DNA of 64,000 bases from Escherichia coli (lineage in GTDB: Bacteria; Pseudomonadota; Gammaproteobacteria; Enterobacterales; Enterobacteriaceae): assembly GCF_003790525.1 (NCBI RefSeq), contig NZ_CP033635.1. One strand, 5' to 3'. Both the position numbers and the translations under genes were made by a program. The number at the start of each line of letters is the position of its first letter. Within the stretch, counting starts at the first letter, position 1. Below are positions 20,339-31,283 of this stretch, one piece after another. Under the pieces are notes generated by a model. It saw only the letters and a program-made list of their open reading frames with translations, was not told the DNA's origin and did not search any database.

Positions 20339-23300
20339 ATGGACAAGGAATTACCGTGGCTGGCGGATAACGCCCAACTGGAACTGAAATATAAAAAAGG
20401 CAAAACGCCGCTCAGTCATCGTCGCTGGCCGGGCGAACCAGTGTCCGTTATCACTGGAAGTCTCATCCAGACATTGGGTGATGAATTGCTACAAAAAGCT
20501 GAGAAGAAAAAAAACATTGTCTGGCGTTATGAGAATTTTTCACTGGAGTGGCAGTCCGCCATCACGCAGGCCATCAACTTGATCGGCGAACACAAACCCT
20601 CAATCCCGGCCCGGACAATGGCGGCGCTAGCCTGTATCGCGCAAAATGACAGCCAACAGTTGCTCGACGAAATCGTCCAACAAGAGGGGCTGGAATATGC
20701 GACTGAGGTGGTGATTGCACGCCAGTTTATTGCGCGGTGTTATGAGAGTGATCCTCTGGTAGTGACATTGCAGTATCAGGACGAGGATTATGGCTATGGT
20801 TATCGCTCAGAAACCTATAACGAATTCGATCTCCGACTGCGTAAGCATCTCTCTCTGGCAGAGGAAAGCTGCTGGCAGCGTTGCGCCGACAAACTCATTG
20901 CCGCACTACCAGGAATAACCAAAGTTCGCCGCCCTTTTATTGCGCTGATCCTCCCGGAAAAACCAGAAATAGCCAATGAGTTGGTAGGCCTTGAATGCCC
21001 GCGAACTCATTTTCATTCTAAGGAGTGGTTAAAAGTTGTTGCTAATGACCCCACAGCGGTGAGAAAACTCGAACACTACTGGAGCCAGGATATATTTAGC
21101 GATCGAGAAGCCAGCTACATGTCGCATGAAAACCACTTCGGCTACGCGGCCTGCGCCGCCCTTTTGCGCGAACAAGGACTGGCAGCCATTCCGCGCCTCG
21201 CGATGTATGCCCATAAAGAAGATTGCGGCAGTCTGCTGGTACAAATTAACCATCCGCAAGTCATCCGCACCTTGCTACTGGTGGCTGATAAAAACAAACC
21301 CAGCCTGCAACGTGTAGCTAAATACCATAAAAACTTCCCCCATGCGACGCTCGCCGCACTGGCAGAACTGCTGGCGTTAACAGAACCACCAGCCCGCCCT
21401 GGTTATCCAATCATCGAAGACAAAAAGCTGCCTGCACAGCAAAAAGCACGCGATGAATACTGGCGTACGCTGTTACAAACGCTGATGGCATCGCAGCCAC
21501 AACTGGCAGCAGAAGTGATGCCGTGGTTAAGTACTCAACCCCAGTCAGTGCTGAAGAGTTATTTATCGGCACCGCCCAAACCGGTTATTGATGGCACCGA
21601 TAACAGCAATCTGCCAGAAATCCTCGTTTCACCACCGTGGCGTAGTAAGAAAAAAATGACAGCTCCACGTCTTGATTTGGCACCGCTCGAATTAACTCCG
21701 CAAGTTTACTGGCAACCAGGCGAACAAGAGAGGCTTGCCGCCACTGAGCCTGCCCGTTATTTCAGCACGGAATCTCTTGCGCAACGCATGGAACAAAAAA
21801 GTGGACGAGTTGTATTACAGGAACTGGGTTTTGGGGATGATGTATGGCTGTTTCTGAATTATATACTCCCCGGAAAACTGGATGCTGCACGCAATTCACT
21901 CTTGTTCAGTGGCATTACTACCAGGGGCGGGTTGAAGAGATCCTGAATGGCTGGAACTCCCCGGAAGCACAATTAGCAGAACAGGCGCTCCGCAGCGGTC
22001 ACATAGAAGCGTTAATTAACATATGGGAAAATGACAACTACTCACATTATCGTCCGGAAAAGAGTGTCTGGAACCTGTATTTATTGGCACAGTTGCCGCG
22101 TGAGATGGCTTTGACCTTCTGGCTGCGTATCAATGAGAAAAAGCATCTGTTCGCGGGTGAGGACTATTTTCTCAGTATCCTCGGATTGGATGCGCTACCA
22201 GGTCTGCTGTTGGCTTTTTCACATCGTCCAAAAGAAACATTTCCGTTAATTTTAAATTTTGGCGCAACAGAACTGGCGCTGCCTGTTGCCCACGTCTGGC
22301 GACGTTTCGCGGCGCAGCGTGATCTGGCTCGCCAGTGGATTTTACAATGGCCGGAACATACGGCTAGTGCACTTATCCCTCTTGTCTTTACCAAACCCAG
22401 CGATAATAGCGAAGCCGCATTACTTGCCCTGCGTTTACTGTACGAACAGGGACATGGCGAATTGCTACAAACCGTGGCAAACCGCTGGCAGCGTACAGAT
22501 GTATGGTCTGCCCTGGAGCAGTTGCTTAAACAGGGTCCAATGGACATTTACCCGGCACGCATTCCAAAAGCCCCTGATTTCTGGCATCCGCAAATGTGGT
22601 CCAGGCCGCGCCTTATCACTAATAATCAAACTGTTACCAATGACGCTCTGGAAATTATCGGCGAAATGCTGCGCTTTACCCAGGGGGGACGTTTTTATAG
22701 CGGGCTGGAACAACTGAAAACGTTCTGCCAGCCACAAACGCTGGCAGCTTTTGCCTGGGATCTCTTCACTGCGTGGCAACAAGCTGGTGCCCCCGCAAAA
22801 GACAACTGGGCATTTCTGGCGTTAAGTCTCTTTGGTGACGAAAGCACGGCACGGGATCTGACGACACAGATCCTCGCCTGGCCACAAGAAGGCAAATCTG
22901 CCCGTGCTGTCAGCGGCCTGAACATCCTTACCCTGATGAATAATGATATGGCGCTGATACAGCTGCATCATATATCGCAACGGGCTAAATCCCGCCCCTT
23001 ACGTGATAACGCGGCGGAATTTCTTCAGGTGGTCGCAGAAAATCGCGGGCTAAGCCAGGAAGAGCTAGCGGACAGATTAGTCCCAACCCTGGGCCTTGAT
23101 GATCCGCAGGCGTTGAGTTTTGATTTTGGTCCCCGGCAGTTTACCGTTCGCTTCGATGAAAATCTCAACCCGGTTATCTTTGATCAGCAAAACGTTCGCC
23201 AGAAAAGCGTTCCCCGTTTGCGCGCCGATGACGATCAACTGAAAGCGCCCGAGGCACTGGCCCGACTAAAAGGGCTAAAAAAAGATGCTACTCAGGTGAG

Positions 23301-23970
23301 CAAAAACCTGCTCCCGCGTCTTGAAACGGCCCTACGTACCACCCGACGCTGGTCGCTGGCAGATTTTCATTCTCTGTTTGTTAATCATCCCTTTACCCGT
23401 CTGGTTACCCAGCGATTAATATGGGGGGTTTATCCGGCAAATGAACCGCGTTGTTTACTCAAAGCCTTTCGTGTGGCCGCAGAGGGGGAGTTCTGCAATG
23501 CGCAAGATGAGCCAATTGACCTGCCTGCGGACGCTCTGATTGGCATTGCCCACCCGTTAGAAATGACAGCAGAAATGCGCAGTGAATTTGCACAGCTTTT
23601 TGCCGATTACGAAATTATGCCGCCTTTTCGCCAGTTGTCGCGCCGCACGGTGCTGCTCACACCTGACGAGTCAACCAGTAACAGCCTGACTCGCTGGGAA
23701 GGTAAATCCGCTACCGTTGGGCAACTTATGGGAATGCGATACAAAGGCTGGGAGTCAGGCTATGAGGACGCATTTGTCTATAACCTGGGTGAGTACCGGC
23801 TGGTCCTTAAGTTTTCACCCGGTTTTAACCACTACAATGTTGATAGCAAAGCGCTAATGAGCTTCCGTTCTCTTCGAGTGTACCGTGACAATAAATCCGT
23901 CACTTTTGCCGAACTTGATGTGTTTGATTTGAGTGAGGCGTTAAGCGCACCTGACGTCATTTTCCATTAA
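20339..23970 (+). pseudogene. yehI: yehI-like DUF4132 gene split into two overlapping ORFs by a frameshift within 21841-21946
   Basis: ORFs 20339-21946 and 21844-23970 overlap in different frames and together are collinear with the molR paralogue. Confidence 0.65.
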
Positions 23971-24030
23971 AACACAGCGGGCAGTGATGCAACTGCCCGT
24001 TATCAACACGACTTACCAGCGGGGAAAGCG

Positions 24031-24348
24031 ATGATCGTGCAAAAAGAGCTGGTTGCTATTTACGATTATGAGGTCCCTGTACCTGAAGATCCGTTTTCCT
24101 TCAGACTTGAGATCCATAAATGCTCTGAATTATTTACAGGTTCCGTCTATCGACTGGAGCGATTCCGGCTACGTCCAACATTTCATCAACGTGATCGAGA
24201 AGATGCTGACCCGCTAATAAATGATGCGTTGATTTATATAAGAGATGAGTGTATTGATGAGCGGAAATTACGAGGTGAATCACCTGAAACTGTAATAGCA
24301 ATTTTTAATCGTGAACTACAGAATATATTCAACCAAGAAATAGAATAA
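24031..24348 (+). CDS. yehK: small protein of unknown function
   Basis: 105-aa ORF, AT-richer than its neighbours, at the K-12 yehK position. Confidence 0.65.
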   Translation: MIVQKELVAIYDYEVPVPEDPFSFRLEIHKCSELFTGSVYRLERFRLRPTFHQRDREDADPLINDALIYIRDECIDERKLRGESPETVIAIFNRELQNIFNQEIE

Positions 24349-24517
24349 TATACTCTAAATAATTCAAATTGGTCCGATCCGGCGCAACGTCCCAATGGCC
24401 TGGATTATAAATCTCATTATCTTAATTGCAACGGGGTCCAGCCGTGGTTATAATTCGTTCGTTGGAACACGATGTTGCACAGGCTGTGGTGTTAGGCCTG
24501 AAAATAGTAAATAAAAG

Positions 24518-24546
24518 AACCTGCCTCACCAGCAGGTTTTTTTATT
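24518..24546 (+). terminator. intrinsic terminator about 170 nt downstream of yehK
   Basis: Hairpin CCTGC-CTCACCA-GCAGG followed by TTTTTTTATTT. Confidence 0.65.
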
Positions 24547-24654
24547 TACTGTGATCTGCTTTCCAGATATTTTTCGCTCAAACAACTAATGCGCCAAACA
24601 TTTATTGCGCGTAAAATATCGTTTATTTCATTAATACATTTCAGGGATGAATAT

Positions 24655-25743
24655 ATGTCACCGCAGAATAATCATCTGCAGCGTCCGCCTGCTGCTGTGT
24701 TATACGCCGATGAACTGGCAAAATTAAAACAAAATGATAACGCACCTTGCCCGCCCGGTTGGCAGTTAAGTTTGCCTGCGGCCCGTGCTTTTATCCTTGG
24801 CGACGAAGCGCAAAATATCAGCCGTAAAGTGGTGATTAGCCCCTCCGCTGTCGAACGTATGTTAGTCACTCTTGCTACCGGCCGCGGTTTGATGTTGGTG
24901 GGGGAACCGGGTACCGCAAAATCTCTTCTTTCTGAATTACTGGCAACCGCTATTAGCGGCGATGCCGGGTTAACCATCCAGGGCGGGGCATCTACCACCG
25001 AAGATCAAATCAAGTATGGCTGGAACTACGCCCTGCTTATCAATCATGGTCCGTCAACGGAAGCGCTGGTCCCTGCCCCGCTTTATCAGGAAATGCGCGA
25101 CGGCAAAATCGTCCGTTTCGAAGAGATAACGCGTACACCGCTGGAAGTGCAGGACTGTCTGTTAGGTATGCTTTCTGACAGGGTGATGACGGTGCCGGAA
25201 CTCACTGGTGAAGCCAGTCAGCTCTATGCGCGAGAAGGCTTTAATATTATTGCCACTGCCAATACCCGCGATCGCGGCGTCAATGAAATGAGTGCTGCGC
25301 TAAAGCGTCGCTTCGATTTTGAAACGGTTTTTCCGATTATGGATTTCGCCCAGGAGTTGGAACTGGTCGCCAGTGCTTCGGCGCGTTTGCTGGCCCATAG
25401 CGGTATTCCGCATAAAGTGCCTGACGCGGTACTGGAATTACTGGTCCGCACCTTCCGCGATCTGCGTGCCAACGGCGAAAAGAAAACGTCAATGGATACA
25501 CTGACAGCGATTATGTCCACCGCTGAAGCCGTGAACGTGGCCCATGCTGTGGGCGTCCGCGCCTGGTTTTTAGCGAATCGCGCGGGGGAGCCTGCCGACC
25601 TGGTGGAATGTATTGCCGGAACCATCGTCAAAGATAACGAAGAAGATCGCGCGCGTCTGCGCCGTTACTTCGAACAGCGTGTCGCCACACATAAAGAAGC
25701 TCACTGGCAGGCTTATTATCAAGCCCGCCACCGCCTGCCGTGA
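24655..25743 (+). CDS. yehL: MoxR-like AAA+ ATPase
   Basis: 362-aa product from the ATG at 24655; Walker A LMLVGEPGTAKS. Confidence 0.85.
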   Translation: MSPQNNHLQRPPAAVLYADELAKLKQNDNAPCPPGWQLSLPAARAFILGDEAQNISRKVVISPSAVERMLVTLATGRGLMLVGEPGTAKSLLSELLATAISGDAGLTIQGGASTTEDQIKYGWNYALLINHGPSTEALVPAPLYQEMRDGKIVRFEEITRTPLEVQDCLLGMLSDRVMTVPELTGEASQLYAREGFNIIATANTRDRGVNEMSAALKRRFDFETVFPIMDFAQELELVASASARLLAHSGIPHKVPDAVLELLVRTFRDLRANGEKKTSMDTLTAIMSTAEAVNVAHAVGVRAWFLANRAGEPADLVECIAGTIVKDNEEDRARLRRYFEQRVATHKEAHWQAYYQARHRLP

Positions 25744-25753
25744 GGAAAGATGC

Positions 25754-28033
25754 ATGAGCGAGCCGTTAATTGTCGGCATCCGGCATCATAGTCCGGCCTG
25801 CGCCCGGCTGGTGAAATCGTTAATCGAAAGCCAGCGGCCACGATACGTGTTGATTGAAGGCCCGGCTGATTTTAATGACCGGGTAGACGAACTGTTTTTA
25901 GCCCACCAGCTTCCGGTAGCTATTTACAGTTATTGCCAGTATCAGGACGGTGCAGCCCCCGGGCGTGGTGCCTGGACGCCATTTGCTGAATTTTCGCCGG
26001 AGTGGCAGGCGCTACAAGCCGCACGTCGCATTCAGGCACAAACTTACTTCATCGATTTGCCTTGCTGGGCGCAGAGTGAAGAAGAGGACGATTCGCCTGA
26101 TACGCAAGATGAAAGCCAGGCCTTACTGCTGCGTGCCACCCGCATGGATAACAGCGATACCCTGTGGGATCACTTGTTCGAAGATGAAAGCCAGCAAACT
26201 GCATTACCCTCTGCGCTGGCGCACTATTTTGCCCAACTGCGGGGCGACGCCTCCGGCGATGCGCTCAATCGTCAGCGCGAAGCCTTTATGGCCCGCTGGA
26301 TTGGATGGGCGATGCAGCAAAATAATGGCGACGTGTTAGTTGTCTGCGGTGGCTGGCACGCTCCGGCACTGGCAAAGATGTGGCGCGAATGCCCTCAGAA
26401 AATTAACAAGCCAGAATTGCCCTCGCTGGCAGATGCCGTTACAGGTTGTTATCTCACACCCTACAGTGAAAAGCGCCTTGATGTGCTGGCAGGATACCTT
26501 TCAGGAATGCCTGCCCCGGTATGGCAAAACTGGTGCTGGCAGTGGGGCTTGCAGAAGGCCGGTGAACAACTGCTAAAAACTATCCTTACCCGTTTGCGCC
26601 AGCACAAATTGCCCGCTTCTACCGCGGATATGGCTGCCGCTCATCTGCATGCGATGGCGCTGGCACAGTTGCGCGGTCATACACTACCGTTACGCACTGA
26701 CTGGCTGGATGCCATAGCAGGCTCGCTGATTAAAGAAGCCCTGAACGCGCCGTTGCCGTGGAGCTATCGCGGCGTTATTCATCCCGATACCGATCCGATT
26801 CTGCTAACGTTGATAGACACATTAGCGGGTGACGGATTCGGTAAACTTGCCCCTTCTACGCCACAACCGCCTCTGCCAAAAGATGTCACCTGCGAACTGG
26901 AACGTACCGCAATCTCCCTTCCGGCGGAGCTTACCTTAAATCGCTTTACCCCCGATGGGCTGGCGCAAAGTCAGGTGTTACATCGGCTGGCAATACTGGA
27001 GATCCCTGGGATTGTACGCCAGCAGGGAAGTACACTGACACTTGCAGGCAACGGTGAAGAACGCTGGAAATTAACCCGCCCGCTTAGCCAGCATGCGGCA
27101 TTGATTGAGGCCGCCTGTTTTGGTGCCACACTCCAGGAAGCCGCACGCAATAAATTAGAAGCCGATATGCTGGACGCGGGCGGAATCGGCAGTATCACCA
27201 CATGTCTTAGCCAGGCGGCGTTAGCGGGTCTGGCGTCCTTCAGTCAACAATTACTGGAGCAACTCACACTATTAATCGCCCAGGAAAATCAATTTGCCGA
27301 AATGGGCCAGGCGCTGGAAGTGCTTTATGCCTTATGGCGGCTGGATGAAATTAGCGGTATGCAAGGCGCGCAGATATTACAAACGACGTTATGCGCGACT
27401 ATCGATCGCACGCTGTGGCTGTGTGAATCTAACGGCAGACCGGATGAAAAGGAGTTTCACGCTCACCTGCATAGCTGGCAAGCGCTTTGCCATATTCTGC
27501 GCGATCTACATAGCGGCGTTAATTTACCCGGCGTTTCTCTTTCTGCGGCGGTAGCCTTACTGGAGCGACGCAGTCAGGCAATTCATGCCCCGGCGCTGGA
27601 TCGCGGCGCGGCTCTTGGCGCACTAATGCGTCTGGAACATCCCAACGCCAGTGCCGAAGCGGCGCTGACGATGCTGGCGCAGTTATCCCCGGCACAATCT
27701 GGTGAGGCGCTGCACGGTTTGCTGGCGCTGGCCCGCCATCAACTGGCCTGTCAGCCGGCATTTATCGCCGGTTTCAGCAGTCATTTAAATCAACTGAGTG
27801 AAGCCGATTTTATTAACGCCCTGCCCGATTTACGCGCGGCGATGGCCTGGCTACCACCACTAGAACGCGGGACGCTGGCGCATCAGGTGCTTGAGCATTA
27901 TCAACTGGCGCAACTTCCCGTTTCGGCGCTGCAAATGCCGTTGCATTGTCCACCACAGGCCATTGCACATCATCAACAACTCGAACAGCAGGCACTGGCA
28001 TCGCTGCAAAACTGGGGAGTTTTCCATGTCTGA
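25754..28033 (+). CDS. yehM: large protein of unknown function, partner of the MoxR ATPase
   Basis: 759-aa ORF starting MSEPLIVGIRHHSPACARLV...; tightly linked to yehL and yehP. Confidence 0.8.
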   Translation: MSEPLIVGIRHHSPACARLVKSLIESQRPRYVLIEGPADFNDRVDELFLAHQLPVAIYSYCQYQDGAAPGRGAWTPFAEFSPEWQALQAARRIQAQTYFIDLPCWAQSEEEDDSPDTQDESQALLLRATRMDNSDTLWDHLFEDESQQTALPSALAHYFAQLRGDASGDALNRQREAFMARWIGWAMQQNNGDVLVVCGGWHAPALAKMWRECPQKINKPELPSLADAVTGCYLTPYSEKRLDVLAGYLSGMPAPVWQNWCWQWGLQKAGEQLLKTILTRLRQHKLPASTADMAAAHLHAMALAQLRGHTLPLRTDWLDAIAGSLIKEALNAPLPWSYRGVIHPDTDPILLTLIDTLAGDGFGKLAPSTPQPPLPKDVTCELERTAISLPAELTLNRFTPDGLAQSQVLHRLAILEIPGIVRQQGSTLTLAGNGEERWKLTRPLSQHAALIEAACFGATLQEAARNKLEADMLDAGGIGSITTCLSQAALAGLASFSQQLLEQLTLLIAQENQFAEMGQALEVLYALWRLDEISGMQGAQILQTTLCATIDRTLWLCESNGRPDEKEFHAHLHSWQALCHILRDLHSGVNLPGVSLSAAVALLERRSQAIHAPALDRGAALGALMRLEHPNASAEAALTMLAQLSPAQSGEALHGLLALARHQLACQPAFIAGFSSHLNQLSEADFINALPDLRAAMAWLPPLERGTLAHQVLEHYQLAQLPVSALQMPLHCPPQAIAHHQQLEQQALASLQNWGVFHV

Positions 28034-29162
28034 ACTGAACGATCTTCTGACCACCCGTGAGCTACAACGCTGGCGATTAATTCTTGGCGAAGCGGCAGAA
28101 ACGACGCTTTGTGGGCTGGATGACAACGCCCGGCAGATAGACCACGCGCTGGAGTGGCTGTATGGGCGCGATCCTGAACGGCTCCAGCGTGGTGAACGTT
28201 CCGGTGGATTAGGTGGCTCAAATCTCACCACCCCTGAGTGGATCAACAGTATTCACACGCTGTTTCCGCAGCAGGTGATTGAGCGGCTGGAAAGCGATGC
28301 CGTGCTGCGCTACGGCATTGAAGATGTGGTGACGAATCTCGACGTGCTGGAACGTATGCAGCCTTCTGAAAGCCTGCTACGCGCTGTTTTGCACACCAAA
28401 CATCTGATGAACCCCGAAGTACTGGCTGCCGCCCGCCGGATAGTGTGCCAGGTTGTTGAAGAAATTATGGCTCGACTGGCAAAGGAAGTTCGTCAGGCTT
28501 TTTCTGGTGTCCGCGATCGCCGTCGCCGTTCATTTATTCCACTGGCGCGAAACTTTGATTTCAAAAGTACTCTGCGCGCCAACCTGCAACACTGGCACCC
28601 GCAACACGGCAAGTTGTATATCGAATCCCCCCGCTTTAACAGCCGCATTAAACGCCAAAGCGAACAATGGCAACTGGTCTTACTGGTTGATCAAAGCGGA
28701 TCGATGGTTGACTCGGTGATCCACTCTGCGGTGATGGCGGCCTGTTTATGGCAGTTACCCGGCATTCGTACCCATCTGGTGGCGTTTGACACCAGCGTCG
28801 TTGATCTCACGGCAGACGTTGCTGATCCGGTAGAGTTATTAATGAAAGTACAACTGGGCGGCGGGACCAATATCGCCAGTGCCGTGGAGTATGGTCGGCA
28901 ACTTATTGAACAACCAGCAAAAAGCGTCATTATCCTCGTGAGCGATTTCTATGAAGGGGGTTCATCATCATTGCTGACGCATCAGGTGAAAAAGTGTGTC
29001 CAGAGCGGCGTCAAAGTGCTGGGACTGGCGGCGCTCGATAGCACCGCAACACCTTGCTATGACCGCGATATGGCCCAGGCGCTGGTTAATGTCGGCGCAC
29101 AAATAGCTGCCATGACACCGGGCGAACTGGCGGCCTGGCTTGCGGAGAATCTTCAGTCATGA
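28026..29162 (+). CDS. yehP: von Willebrand factor A (VWA) domain protein
   Basis: 378-aa product MSELNDLLTT...; MIDAS-like motif LLVDQSGSM; start overlaps the yehM stop by 8 nt. Confidence 0.85.
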   Translation: MSELNDLLTTRELQRWRLILGEAAETTLCGLDDNARQIDHALEWLYGRDPERLQRGERSGGLGGSNLTTPEWINSIHTLFPQQVIERLESDAVLRYGIEDVVTNLDVLERMQPSESLLRAVLHTKHLMNPEVLAAARRIVCQVVEEIMARLAKEVRQAFSGVRDRRRRSFIPLARNFDFKSTLRANLQHWHPQHGKLYIESPRFNSRIKRQSEQWQLVLLVDQSGSMVDSVIHSAVMAACLWQLPGIRTHLVAFDTSVVDLTADVADPVELLMKVQLGGGTNIASAVEYGRQLIEQPAKSVIILVSDFYEGGSSSLLTHQVKKCVQSGVKVLGLAALDSTATPCYDRDMAQALVNVGAQIAAMTPGELAAWLAENLQS

Positions 29163-31159
29163 ATTCACTACGTCCGGAATTATTAGAACTGACGCCGCAG
29201 GCCCTGACGGCGTTAAGCAATGCCGGTTTTGTTAAACGCAGTCTTAAGGAACTGGAAAATGGCAACGTCCCGGAAATCAGCCATAAGAACGGCGCTTTAA
29301 TCGCCACCTTCAGTGACGGTGTCCGTACCCAGCTGGCGAACGGTCAGGCACTGAAAGAGGCTCAATGCAGCTGCGGGGCCAACGGTATGTGCCGTCATCG
29401 CGTGATGCTGGTGTTAAGTTATCAACGACTTTGTGCCACCACTCAGTCTACGGAAAAAGAAGAAGAGTGGGATCCGGCAATCTGGCTGGAAGAACTGGCT
29501 ACCCTTCCCGATGCTACCCGCAAACGCGCACAGGCGCTGGTCGCTAAAGGCATCACCATTGAGTTGTTCTGTGCGCCGGGTGAAATTCCCTCTGCCCGCT
29601 TACCGATGAGCGATGTGCGTTTTTATTCCCGCAGCAGTATTCGTTTCGCCCGTTGTGATTGTATTGAAGGCACACTTTGCGAACATGTCGTACTGGCGGT
29701 ACAGGCCTTCGTCGAGGCCAAAGCGCAGCAAGTAGAATTTAACCATTTAATCTGGCAGATGCGCAGCGAACACGTCACATCATCTGACGATCCGTTTGCC
29801 AGCGAAGAAGGCAACGCGTGTCGTCAATATGTTCAGCAATTAAGCCAGACATTATGGCTTGGCGGCATCAGCCAGCCGCTCATCCATTACGAGGCAGCAT
29901 TCAACCGCGCATTGCAGGCGGCAGAGACCTGCAACTGGCGCTGGGTGAGTGAATCGCTACGGCAACTGCGCGCCAGCGTTGATGCCTTCCACGCCCGCGC
30001 CAGCCACTATAATGCCGGAGAATGCTTACATCAGCTTGCGGCATTAAACAGTCGATTAAATTGCGCACAAGAGATGGCCCGGCGCGACAGTATTGGTGAA
30101 GTTCCTCCTGTGCCGTGGCGCACGGTCGTTGGCTCTGGCATTGCCGGAGAAGCAAAGCTTGATCATCTGCGGCTGGTGTCTTTAGGTATGCGTTGCTGGC
30201 AGGATATTGAGCATTATGGTTTACGCATCTGGTTTACCGATCCCGACACCGGCAGTATTTTGCACCTTTCGCGCAGTTGGCCGCGAAGTGAACAGGAAAA
30301 CTCACCGGCAGCTACGCGTCGGCTGTTTAGTTTTCAGGCTGGCGCACTGGCGGGCGGGCAAATTGTTTCACAAGCAGCAAAACGCAGTGCCGATGGCGAG
30401 CTGCTGTTAGCTACCCGCAACCGCTTAAGCAGCGTTGTGCCGCTGTCGCCTGATGCCTGGCAAATGTTGAGCGCGCCGTTACGCCAGCCGGGCATTGTGG
30501 CTTTGCGGGAATATTTACGCCAGCGTCCCCCCGCCTGCATACGGCCTCTTAATCAGGTCGATAACTTATTTATTCTGCCGGTCGCTGAGTGTATTTCGCT
30601 CGGTTGGGACAGCAGCCGCCAGACGCTGGATGCGCAGGTCATTAGCGGCGAAGGGGAAGATAATGTGCTGACGTTATCATTACCAGCCTCAGCCAGCGCA
30701 CCTTATGCCGTTGAACGCATGGCGGCGCTTTTGCAACAAACAGACGACCCCGTGTGTCTGGTTTCTGGCTTTGTCAGTTTTGTTGAAGGGCAATTGACAC
30801 TGGAACCACGGGTGATGATGACAAAAACCCGTGCCTGGGCGCTGGACGCAGAAACTACGCCTGTGGCACCGCTACCTTCTGCCAGCGTTTTGCCTGTGCC
30901 GTCTACTGCTCATCAGTTGCTGATACGCTGCCAGGCGTTACTTATTCAACTGCTCCATAACGGCTGGCACTATCAGGAACAGAGTGCTATTGGTCAGGCA
31001 GAGTTGCTGGCGAATGACCTCACCGCGGTGGGTTTTTATCGGCTGGCACATGTGTTGGGACAATTTCGTAATACAGAAAGCGAGGCACGGGTAGAAGCAA
31101 TGAATAACGGTGTTTTGCTTTGCGAACAATTATTCCCCATGCTTCAGCAACAAGGATGA
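29159..31159 (+). CDS. yehQ: SWIM zinc-finger domain protein
   Basis: Two SWIM-like CxC...CxH motifs (CSCGANGMCRHRVMLV and CDCIEGTLCEHVVLAV); ATGA start/stop overlap with yehP. Confidence 0.8.
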   Translation: MNSLRPELLELTPQALTALSNAGFVKRSLKELENGNVPEISHKNGALIATFSDGVRTQLANGQALKEAQCSCGANGMCRHRVMLVLSYQRLCATTQSTEKEEEWDPAIWLEELATLPDATRKRAQALVAKGITIELFCAPGEIPSARLPMSDVRFYSRSSIRFARCDCIEGTLCEHVVLAVQAFVEAKAQQVEFNHLIWQMRSEHVTSSDDPFASEEGNACRQYVQQLSQTLWLGGISQPLIHYEAAFNRALQAAETCNWRWVSESLRQLRASVDAFHARASHYNAGECLHQLAALNSRLNCAQEMARRDSIGEVPPVPWRTVVGSGIAGEAKLDHLRLVSLGMRCWQDIEHYGLRIWFTDPDTGSILHLSRSWPRSEQENSPAATRRLFSFQAGALAGGQIVSQAAKRSADGELLLATRNRLSSVVPLSPDAWQMLSAPLRQPGIVALREYLRQRPPACIRPLNQVDNLFILPVAECISLGWDSSRQTLDAQVISGEGEDNVLTLSLPASASAPYAVERMAALLQQTDDPVCLVSGFVSFVEGQLTLEPRVMMTKTRAWALDAETTPVAPLPSASVLPVPSTAHQLLIRCQALLIQLLHNGWHYQEQSAIGQAELLANDLTAVGFYRLAHVLGQFRNTESEARVEAMNNGVLLCEQLFPMLQQQG

Positions 31160-31283
31160 AATAGTGTTTTTTACTAAGAGTTCTACTCCAGTTCCGGACT
31201 GCTCACGCCACGGTATTAGGCATATCCTATATAGCCCCTGGTGAGAGTCACCAGTTCCTTGATTAAATAAAATGGAGTTTTAC

